From NCBI GenBank assembly GCA_964534535.1, contig CAZHPP010000002.1, positions 1,922 through 35,024 on the forward strand: a stretch of DNA of 33,103 bases, in the 5' to 3' direction. This stretch comes from an uncultured Victivallales bacterium. Its GTDB lineage: Bacteria > Verrucomicrobiota > Lentisphaeria > Victivallales > UBA1829. Shown here piece after piece: positions 10,048-17,687 of the stretch; positions within the stretch are counted from its first letter, which is position 1; each line of letters begins with the position of its first letter. The position numbers and the translations under genes were made by a program. A model generated the notes under the pieces. The model was not told the origin of the DNA and made no database searches. It worked only from the letters and a program-made list of their open reading frames with translations.

Positions 10048-10985
10048 TAAATTTCTTTGACAATCTGCGCTTCTGGGGAAGCAAAAGGAACTCATTCCTC
10101 GCGGGCATCCGTTTCTATCAGTTCATGAACCATGCATCATTCCTGCTTGCCAATATGACCCTGCCTGTTTATTTCAGACTTACCGGGGATAAATATCGTC
10201 TTGAGCCTTCGCCAAAGACATCGGGACGCGTGATCGTTTCTCTTACATCGTTCCCCGCAAGAATTGGGAACGTGCATCTGGTCATTGAATCCCTGCTTCG
10301 GCAGACGCGCAAACCTGACAAGATCATTCTCTGTCTGACGAAATCACAGATTCCGGAAATCGGGAAACTGCCGTCACGGCTGCTTGAACTTCAGAAACGC
10401 GGTCTGGAAATAGTCTTGTGCGATGCCGCCATACGCTCCCATACAAAGTACCATCATGCTTTTCGTCATTACCCTGAAGACAATGTAATCACTGTCGACG
10501 ATGACATTATTTATCGAACTGATCTTATAGAAAATCTTCTTGCCTGGCATGTACGTTTTCCGCATTCCATTATTGCCAACTGGGTAAAGAAAATACGGAA
10601 CTGCGACGATATGCATTCATACTACTGCCAGTGGCCGGAGGCTGACGGAAGAGATGCCGGAATAGAAGCTGCCGATGATATGATATTCGGTGTCGGCGGC
10701 GTGCTGTATCCTCCGCACTGCATGTATAAGGACTGCCTCGACATCGATCTGATCAAGTCACTTTGCCTGACGGCCGACGATGTATGGCTTTCGTGCATGG
10801 GAATCCTTGCCGGAACGACTTTTGTATTCACAGGATATAAGCAAGGGCATCTGCCTGTCAGGATCAGGAATAATGTTACGCTGCTTGCACAGAACAGGAC
10901 GGCAAACCAGATACAGGTCGACCGTGTGAATGACTATTATGCGGAGAGGCTTGGAATCAGGCCGTTATGCAGGCATGGAAAATAA
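10044..10985 (+). CDS. Putative glycosyltransferase (GT-A-like, unclassified)
   Basis: VIVSLTSFPARIGNVHLVIESLLRQTRKPDKIILCL followed by ITVDDDIIY (DxD-like) and LTADDVWL. The ORF opens at 9414 inside the upstream gene. ATG 10044 (ATGA overlap) gives a 313-aa product. Family assignment not verified. Confidence 0.55.
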   Translation: MINFFDNLRFWGSKRNSFLAGIRFYQFMNHASFLLANMTLPVYFRLTGDKYRLEPSPKTSGRVIVSLTSFPARIGNVHLVIESLLRQTRKPDKIILCLTKSQIPEIGKLPSRLLELQKRGLEIVLCDAAIRSHTKYHHAFRHYPEDNVITVDDDIIYRTDLIENLLAWHVRFPHSIIANWVKKIRNCDDMHSYYCQWPEADGRDAGIEAADDMIFGVGGVLYPPHCMYKDCLDIDLIKSLCLTADDVWLSCMGILAGTTFVFTGYKQGHLPVRIRNNVTLLAQNRTANQIQVDRVNDYYAERLGIRPLCRHGK

Positions 10986-11000
10986 AGAAGGCATCCGATT

Positions 11001-11606
11001 GTGCCGGAAACAAGAATAATAGCTTTTTATCTGCCGCAATACTATCCCACCGATACCAATAACCGTTGGTATGGCAACGGATTCACAGAGTGGACGAACG
11101 TGGGGAAAGCCAGACCTTTGTTCCACGGGCATGATCAGCCGAAAGTCCCTGCGGACCTTGGATATTACGATCTGCGCCTTGCTGAATCGTGCGAGGCTCA
11201 GGCCGCTTTGGCCAGGGAAGCTGGAATTGAAGGATTCTGCTATTATCATTACTGGTTTGGAAGCGGTGTCGAGGAATTGACATTGCCCTTGAAAATGATT
11301 CTGGAATCAGGCAGACCGTATTTCCCTTTCTGTCTGTGCTGGGCCAATCAGTCGTGGTATTCAAAATTCTGGAACAATGATGCGTGTGGACTTCCCAGAC
11401 TCATACTTGAACAGCATTATGATGGCGCCGAAGACAATGAAAAACACTTCTACTCGCTGCTCCGCGCTTTCCGCGACCGGCGCTATATAAGATATCCGGC
11501 ATGTTGTTCCCTGGCTGCTTGCGCGGGTTACAGGCAGAAATCAAAGCCGGGAAGGCGAAAACTTAAAGGTCAGCACGCAGAACATGACACTGACCTGCAG
11601 GAATAA
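11001..11606 (+). CDS. WbsX-like (Glyco_tran_WbsX / GH99-like domain) protein, C-terminally truncated copy; probable pseudogene
   Basis: GTG start. It is colinear with the 371-aa paralog at 12819..13934 through ...FRDRRYIR (aa 164), then has an unrelated 37-aa tail and a stop at 201 aa. Confidence 0.7.
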   Translation: MPETRIIAFYLPQYYPTDTNNRWYGNGFTEWTNVGKARPLFHGHDQPKVPADLGYYDLRLAESCEAQAALAREAGIEGFCYYHYWFGSGVEELTLPLKMILESGRPYFPFCLCWANQSWYSKFWNNDACGLPRLILEQHYDGAEDNEKHFYSLLRAFRDRRYIRYPACCSLAACAGYRQKSKPGRRKLKGQHAEHDTDLQE

Positions 11607-12707
11607 ATGCTTGATATGAGAATGGCTGTCTCATCGAAAATCAGCAGACGGATTCGTATCCTGTCTTTGCTTGCCATGGTGTCCGTAGTGATTAAACACA
11701 GCGCCCCAACCTTGCCGTTTACAGAACCGGTCGATTTATTTTTCCGGTCTTTGCTGACGACATCCTGGACAAATTGGGCGGTCCCTTATTTTTTCATTGT
11801 TTCAGGTTTTTTCTTTGCAAATTCGTCCGACAGCGGATATGGGCTGCAGGTGCGGAAAAAAATCAAGACACTGCTGTTGCCGTATATCATGTGGGCAATA
11901 ATCGGTTTTTTGATTATGACACCGTTGAATATGCTGAATAATATCATGACGGGCAAGCCTGTCATTGAACATACTGTGTTTGGACTTCAAGGCTTGATGT
12001 CTGTATGGTCAGCGTTCGGAATCGTTGCAAATCCAATAAGGGGCATGGACGGTTTGCTTGGCCCGGCATGCAATGGCCCGCTTTGGTACGTAAGAGCACT
12101 GCTGCTTCTGTTTCTATTTTCGCCATTGTTTGTCTGGTTGAAAAGAATTTTGCCAAACGCTTTGGCCATAACGGCTCTTGGAATTGTTCTGTTTATCCCG
12201 TATTACGTCATCCCATGGATAACGCTTCCATGTTCGGCCATAGGGTATTTCCTGATCGGAATGACCTATCGCAACTTTATTTTTTGTCTCCGTATGCCTG
12301 ACTCAATCAACATGCTTTGCGGATTGCTGACCGCCGCATGTGCATTCGTAAACGCCGCCATGATTTCTGATTATGTGAAAATACCGATTGTTTTCTGCAA
12401 TATACCGCGTTTGTTTCCACTTTTAATGATTGTCTTTGCTTATCACATCGTAAAACGTATCGAAGAAAAAATACCCATAGATAAAATACCATTGGGATGG
12501 CCGTTCTGGACATACTGTTTCCATGGCACAATTATCAGCTGTATTGCCGTAGGCTGCATGATCCTTGGTGGAAAATCAAGAATGGCGTTGTACATAATTA
12601 TGCTGTCTGTGCCTGTAATTACTTTGCTGCTGTCTTTCCTGGCGTTCAAGATAATGAATACATATTTTCCAAAGACATTGGCCTTTTTATGCGGAGGCCG
12701 AGTATAA
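11607..12707 (+). CDS. Acyltransferase family 3 (AT3), module copy 1
   Basis: RIRILSLLAMVSVVIKHS, SWTNWAVPYFFIVSGFFF, GPLWYVRALLLLFLFSP. Clear paralog of 13934..15046. The ATG abuts the upstream TAA. Confidence 0.8.
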   Translation: MLDMRMAVSSKISRRIRILSLLAMVSVVIKHSAPTLPFTEPVDLFFRSLLTTSWTNWAVPYFFIVSGFFFANSSDSGYGLQVRKKIKTLLLPYIMWAIIGFLIMTPLNMLNNIMTGKPVIEHTVFGLQGLMSVWSAFGIVANPIRGMDGLLGPACNGPLWYVRALLLLFLFSPLFVWLKRILPNALAITALGIVLFIPYYVIPWITLPCSAIGYFLIGMTYRNFIFCLRMPDSINMLCGLLTAACAFVNAAMISDYVKIPIVFCNIPRLFPLLMIVFAYHIVKRIEEKIPIDKIPLGWPFWTYCFHGTIISCIAVGCMILGGKSRMALYIIMLSVPVITLLLSFLAFKIMNTYFPKTLAFLCGGRV

Positions 12708-12829
12708 TGACCGGGAGAAAAATTGCAAATTCGCTTATGCTGTGCATCTGTGCGTTCAACGCTGAAAAATATCTGGATCCAGTCCTCTTGGGGACATCCG
12801 TTAGAGGAGTAATAAATCATGGGCTTTGA
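12707..12829 (+). pseudogene. Relic of a GT2 glycosyltransferase N-terminus (40 codons)
   Basis: MTGRKIANSLMLCICAFNAEKYLDPVLLG... resembles the start of the GT2 at 15406 (MINITLCICFYNSALYLTETLESL). It begins with a TAATG overlap on the acyltransferase stop and runs into the start of the second WbsX-like gene. Confidence 0.55.
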
Positions 12830-13934
12830 CGCAAGAATTATTGCTTTTTATTTGCCGCAATACTATCCAACAGAGACGAATAATCTTTGGTATGGAAAAG
12901 GATTTACAGAATGGACAAATGTCGGGAAAGCAAAACCATTGTTCAGGAGACATGAACAGCCGAAAGTTCCGGCAGATCTGGGATATTACGATTTGCGACT
13001 TCCTGAAGTCAGATCAGCACAAGCAGAGCTGGCACGAGAGGCAGGAATCGAAGGCTTTTGTTATTACCATTATTGGTTTGGATCTGAGAAAGATCATGCA
13101 GGAGAGGAATTATGGTTTCCATTCTCTGAAGTTGTTCGGCTGAAAAAACCGGATTTTCCTTTTTGTCTTTGTTGGGCGAACCAATCTTGGTATTCAAAGT
13201 TTTGGAGCCCGGATGTCAATGCTTCTCCAAAATTAGTCAGAGAACAAACCTATGATTCCGAAGAAGGTATCCAAGAGCATTTTTATTCTTTATTAAATGC
13301 TTTTCAAGATTCTCGCTACATAAGGGTGGATGGAAAATTGTTATTCATGATTTATCGTCCTTTGGAATTTCCTAATGTACAAGATTTTATGAAGCAATGG
13401 TCGGAACTTGCCAAAAAGGAAAACCTGGAGGGGGTTTATTTCATTGGACAAGCTGTCAATGACGAGGACGCTGAAAAGATTTTTTCTTTAGGATTTCATG
13501 GCGTAAATATTATCAGGAAAGATGACTATCTGAAGCATTTTCCTTATAATAGCAAATCCCTCTACTGGCTTCATAAGGCAATGCGTGCATGCGGAATGGC
13601 ACCGTATCATGTTGATTATAGAAAAATATCAAAATACTTTTTCCAGGATACAGGAATTGAAGTATTTAATGAGAATGTTTATCCAACCATTATTCCCAAT
13701 TGGGATCATTCTCCTAGAAGTGGAAAACGTGCCTCTGTATTTACAAATTCAACTCCTGAAAATTTCAGAATGCATGTTAAGGCCGTTTTATCCGGGGCAA
13801 GGAACAAGAAGTCGAATAAAAATATAATCTTTTTGAAATCTTGGAATGAATGGGGGGAAGGTAACTATATGGAACCTGATTTAAAATACGGGAAAGGTTA
13901 TATTCAAATTTTACAAGAGGTTCTAGATAAATAA
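12819..13934 (+). CDS. WbsX-like (Glyco_tran_WbsX / GH99-like domain) polysaccharide biosynthesis protein, full length
   Basis: IIAFYLPQYYPTETNNLWYGKGFTEWTNV ... FCLCWANQSWYSKFW ... SWNEWGEGNYMEP: family-typical motifs, 371 aa. Confidence 0.8.
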   Translation: MGFDARIIAFYLPQYYPTETNNLWYGKGFTEWTNVGKAKPLFRRHEQPKVPADLGYYDLRLPEVRSAQAELAREAGIEGFCYYHYWFGSEKDHAGEELWFPFSEVVRLKKPDFPFCLCWANQSWYSKFWSPDVNASPKLVREQTYDSEEGIQEHFYSLLNAFQDSRYIRVDGKLLFMIYRPLEFPNVQDFMKQWSELAKKENLEGVYFIGQAVNDEDAEKIFSLGFHGVNIIRKDDYLKHFPYNSKSLYWLHKAMRACGMAPYHVDYRKISKYFFQDTGIEVFNENVYPTIIPNWDHSPRSGKRASVFTNSTPENFRMHVKAVLSGARNKKSNKNIIFLKSWNEWGEGNYMEPDLKYGKGYIQILQEVLDK

Positions 13935-15046
13935 TGAATGTTTCACAAAATATAAGTCAACGAATTCGTATTTTATCGCTATTGGCAATGCTCTCAGTTA
14001 TTATCATTCATAGCGAGAATGTTAATGTTTTGTCTAGTCCTAAAACATGGAATGTTTGTTTGCAAATTTTTTTAACAAACGCATTAACTTCCTGGGCGGT
14101 TCCCATGTTTTTCATGATTAGTGGCTTTTTATTCGGAAAGACTGAAAATTTTATGTATTCAAGAATGCTTAAAAAGAAATTTTTTTCTTTATTTATACCT
14201 TTTGTAGCATGGGGATTGATTGGCTATGTCTTTTATCTATCATATTCATTAATTTTTAATTATTTTGCAAATAGATCAATGTTTGCGAATACCATGCTTA
14301 TGTCTGATTCTTTCTTTAAATCTCTCAATGCGATATTTGGATTTTTCCAATATGAATATATAAAAAATGATCTTGTTGCTCCAATTGGAAATCGTCCATT
14401 GTGGTATATTAGAACGCTGATTTTTCTTTTTATATTTTCTCCTTTTTTTATCTGGCTTAAGAATTTATCGTTCAGATTCATTTTTTATTTGGGTTTAACT
14501 TTAGTAATTATCTTTCCTAATGTATGTATTCCTTTTGTTTCATTAAAATGTTATGCAATCGGTTATTTCATGATCGGAATGACAGTGAATAAAGTTTTGA
14601 AAAGACAAATAAATAGCCGCTTCGTTCTGTTCTCATTACTTGTATTATCGATTTTTATATGTCTTTATAAATCATTAGAATTTGTAGGCATATTAGAACA
14701 TTATGCCATTATGTCATTTTATGTTAATATTTTACCTCTGTTACTTTCCGCATGTTTATTTATAATTTCAAATATTTTAAGAAATTCATATTTGAAAAAT
14801 ATACCATTCTGGTTTCCTTTTTGGACATATTGTTTCCATGGCATATTTATGTATTATTTCCATGGTATGTATGTGTTTATATTGTCAGCAATATTTTTGG
14901 AAGTACTGGGTGATTCTTCCTGCGTTTCAATACTTCTCCTTTTACTTACGCCATTAACTATCTTGATTCTTTCATATATTTGTGGTTCATGTTTCCTAAG
15001 ATTTTTTCCAAGACTCTTTTTAATTTTATGTGGATGGCGTGTATGA
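13934..15046 (+). CDS. Acyltransferase family 3 (AT3), module copy 2, very AT-rich
   Basis: RIRILSLLAMLSVIIIHS, SWAVPMFFMISGFLF, RPLWYIRTLIFLFIFSP, FPFWTYCFHG, LCGWRV. Paralog of 11607..12707. TAATG overlap with the upstream gene. Confidence 0.8.
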   Translation: MNVSQNISQRIRILSLLAMLSVIIIHSENVNVLSSPKTWNVCLQIFLTNALTSWAVPMFFMISGFLFGKTENFMYSRMLKKKFFSLFIPFVAWGLIGYVFYLSYSLIFNYFANRSMFANTMLMSDSFFKSLNAIFGFFQYEYIKNDLVAPIGNRPLWYIRTLIFLFIFSPFFIWLKNLSFRFIFYLGLTLVIIFPNVCIPFVSLKCYAIGYFMIGMTVNKVLKRQINSRFVLFSLLVLSIFICLYKSLEFVGILEHYAIMSFYVNILPLLLSACLFIISNILRNSYLKNIPFWFPFWTYCFHGIFMYYFHGMYVFILSAIFLEVLGDSSCVSILLLLLTPLTILILSYICGSCFLRFFPRLFLILCGWRV

Positions 15047-15151
15047 AATTTCATATTTTAGGCACTAGATGAATAGTCTCATGACAAACAACAATATATT
15101 GCTCCCATTTAAGGAAGTGCTATATTAAGAGAGAAAATCGGAGGATCAGCA

Positions 15152-15370
15152 ATGGGCACGAATCGGAAATGGACGGGCAAGGAAAAGCTTGCAATCGTAC
15201 TGGAAGGCATGAAGGGCGGAATCCGCCTGAGCGAGCTGTGCAACGAGCACGGAATCAGCCAGGGAATGTATTACAAATGGCGGGATCAGCTTCTGACGGA
15301 CGGGGCCAAACTGTTTGACCGTGGCGGAATAGACCACGCAAGGGAACGGCTGGACGTAATGCACCCTTGA
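15152..15370 (+). mobile_element. IS3-family transposase OrfA (HTH) fragment, truncated; no OrfB follows
   Basis: MGTNRKWTGKEKLAIVLEGMKGGIRLSELCNEHGISQGMYYKWRDQLLTDGAKLF matches the IS3/IS911-type OrfA HTH. It ends before the leucine-zipper/frameshift region. Confidence 0.75.
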
Positions 15371-15405
15371 ATAAAGGGGAGCATTACAGGTCGCTGATAC
15401 CATTT

Positions 15406-16392
15406 ATGATAAACATAACTCTTTGCATTTGTTTTTATAACAGTGCTCTCTATTTGACTGAGACGCTGGAGAGTTTGAGCGCACAAAGTTTTCGCAATTT
15501 TAAATTGCTTCTGATCGACGATGGAAGTGTGGATGAAACCAATCAGGTGATAGACTCCTTTTTCGAGTCTCATTCCATGCCGCATGAAGTTGTGAAGATG
15601 CCGGAAAACCGTGGAACCGCTTATTGTAGGGAATATGCCTTGCGGCATGTCGATACGCCGCTGATGATGTTCTTTGATTCCGATGACATCGCGGAACCAG
15701 CAATGATCGAAACATTATATCGGAAAATTCAGTCTGATGATACTCTCATAGCCGCAAGCTGCTACTGTTCGTATATGGATGCCGGCGGCAATACACTGCG
15801 CGGCGGTCTTTATCTCGGTCCGAAAACAAAAGAAGAATTCCTTGAAAAAGCCGGACATGGGAAAATGATATTCATGCTTCCTCCAACCATCTTCCGCAGG
15901 GAATACGCCATCCGCGCGGGAGGATATCGGCAGGCCGAATGGTTTCCGGCAGGTCCGATCCGTTATCAGGACCTCTCCGAAGACGTGGACCTGTGGGGAA
16001 GAATGTCCGATTTCTTCACAGAAGGCAAGTGGATGGCAACGGTGCCAACAGTGCTTTTCAAGTACAGGAAAAACACCAATACGCTTTCGGCAGGCTTTGC
16101 AAAGACCCGTGGTATGGGGCAGAAACTCATGTACATAAAAGCCAATCAGTTGAGACGCCGTTCCGGACTGAGTGAACTTCACTTTGAGGAATTCTGGAAA
16201 AGTCTCGGGATATGGACGAAATTCAATTTTGAACGCCGCAATCTCGGAGCCTGTTTCTACCGCAGGGCCTGTTTCGCCTGGGTGAACCGCAGCCTGCTGA
16301 GCTGTGCATGGAATCTCGGCCTCGGCACAATATGCTCCCCGCTCTATCCGCTTGAAAAATATAAAGCCAATTTCCGGAAAAATGGAAAATGA
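15406..16392 (+). CDS. Glycosyltransferase family 2
   Basis: MINITLCICFYNSALYLTETLESLSAQSF, LLLIDDGSVDET, FFDSDD. The ORF track opens at TTG 15367, but ATG 15406 gives the canonical N-terminus. Confidence 0.85.
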   Translation: MINITLCICFYNSALYLTETLESLSAQSFRNFKLLLIDDGSVDETNQVIDSFFESHSMPHEVVKMPENRGTAYCREYALRHVDTPLMMFFDSDDIAEPAMIETLYRKIQSDDTLIAASCYCSYMDAGGNTLRGGLYLGPKTKEEFLEKAGHGKMIFMLPPTIFRREYAIRAGGYRQAEWFPAGPIRYQDLSEDVDLWGRMSDFFTEGKWMATVPTVLFKYRKNTNTLSAGFAKTRGMGQKLMYIKANQLRRRSGLSELHFEEFWKSLGIWTKFNFERRNLGACFYRRACFAWVNRSLLSCAWNLGLGTICSPLYPLEKYKANFRKNGK

Positions 16393-17687
16393 TCCAGTTC
16401 TTAAAAGCATTCTTCAAACTTCTGAACTCAAAGTATCTGTATGCAGTCCTCCGAAACCATGAATCCCTGCCAGAAGACAGCGCCAGCCGCGATATCGATA
16501 TTCTGATTCCTGCTGCCGAACTCAAAGAACTGCAAAAATATCTTTCCGCCTTTGCCTCCGCAGTCGGATGCCGGATCCTGTACACGAACGAGGACAATCA
16601 GTTTCTTACCGTGGTTTTCATGGATTCCGATTGCAAGGTATTCCAGATCGATTTCCAGCATAATTTCGCGTGGATGGGGATCGACCTGCTGGACGAAATG
16701 GAAGTGCTTGGACACAGGAAGTTCAATGGAAAAGTCTATCATCTGGACGAGCTTTATACATTCCTCCCGAAATATCTGTACAGCCGCATACTCGGTTCCT
16801 CATATCCGGAAAAATATGCCGGAATACGCATGGCCGCACTCGAAGCATCAGGAAAAGAACTGGAGTCCGTGCTGCGGCGTCTTTCGCTCAATGCAGGAGG
16901 CATGGAATACTGGGACAAGACCGGAAAATGGACTCTCAGGCTCCGTGCATTCACCGCCGCAATGAAAATGTCGCCGTTGCGCGCCGCTGAACGCATGGCC
17001 TGCTTCATCATGAATTACATCCTCGCTCTGTTCTTCAGGCGCGGGCTGATGGTTTCATTTTCAGGGCCCGACGGATGCGGCAAGACGACAGTGATCGAAC
17101 TGCTCCGGAAACGGCTTGCGGTCAACACTCCGCTGCTTTTCCATTTCAGACCGTCGCTGTTCCCGAATCTCGGCGAGGTCGGGGCGAAGGCAGGCGTAAT
17201 CAGAGAGGTAGACCGCAATTTCGACCGTCCGCACCGTGCGAAACGCAAGGGCTTTTTCAGTTCGGCGGTCCGGCTGGGATATTATTCCGCGGATTATGTC
17301 ATCGGGTATTTTCTGAAGGTCATGCCGCTGCGGGAACGCAAACAGATCGTATTCTTCGACCGGTATTTTACGGATGTGATCGTCGACGGCGAACGCAGCA
17401 GCATTTTCCTGAATTACAAGTTCACCGCATGGCTCCGGCATTTCATGCCGGCATGCCGGTACAACTTCTTCTTCCGCGTCGATCCGGACAGGATCCTTGC
17501 ACGGAAACAGGAACTTTGCAGAGCCGATATAGAGCGAATCTATTCCAGACTCGAATATCTTGCCGCCCGCGACAGAAGGTGTTATTGGATCGACAACAAC
17601 GGAACTCCGGAAGAAGCCGTGCGGCAGATACTGAACATCATGGCTGTCGGCGTAAGGAGAAGCGATGCCGGGGCATTGTCAAGATAA
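16389..17687 (+). CDS. Fusion protein: nucleotidyltransferase-fold-like N-terminal domain + thymidylate-kinase-fold P-loop kinase domain
   Basis: C-terminal half has Walker A FSGPDGCGKTTV, then FFDRYFTDV and FFFRVDPDRILARK (dTMP-kinase-like layout). N-terminal half has YAVLRNHESLPEDSASRDIDILIP (DxD strand). ATGA overlap with the upstream GT2. Confidence 0.6.
   Translation: MIQFLKAFFKLLNSKYLYAVLRNHESLPEDSASRDIDILIPAAELKELQKYLSAFASAVGCRILYTNEDNQFLTVVFMDSDCKVFQIDFQHNFAWMGIDLLDEMEVLGHRKFNGKVYHLDELYTFLPKYLYSRILGSSYPEKYAGIRMAALEASGKELESVLRRLSLNAGGMEYWDKTGKWTLRLRAFTAAMKMSPLRAAERMACFIMNYILALFFRRGLMVSFSGPDGCGKTTVIELLRKRLAVNTPLLFHFRPSLFPNLGEVGAKAGVIREVDRNFDRPHRAKRKGFFSSAVRLGYYSADYVIGYFLKVMPLRERKQIVFFDRYFTDVIVDGERSSIFLNYKFTAWLRHFMPACRYNFFFRVDPDRILARKQELCRADIERIYSRLEYLAARDRRCYWIDNNGTPEEAVRQILNIMAVGVRRSDAGALSR

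Noticed and set aside
15082-15110. Candidate IS3 left inverted repeat (TGACAAACAACAATATATTG) paired with ...TTTATTTATTGGTCA ending at 26045
   Set aside because: Only the terminal TGAC/GTCA and about half of the next 16 positions match, in AT-rich sequence. This is not distinguishable from chance by eye.
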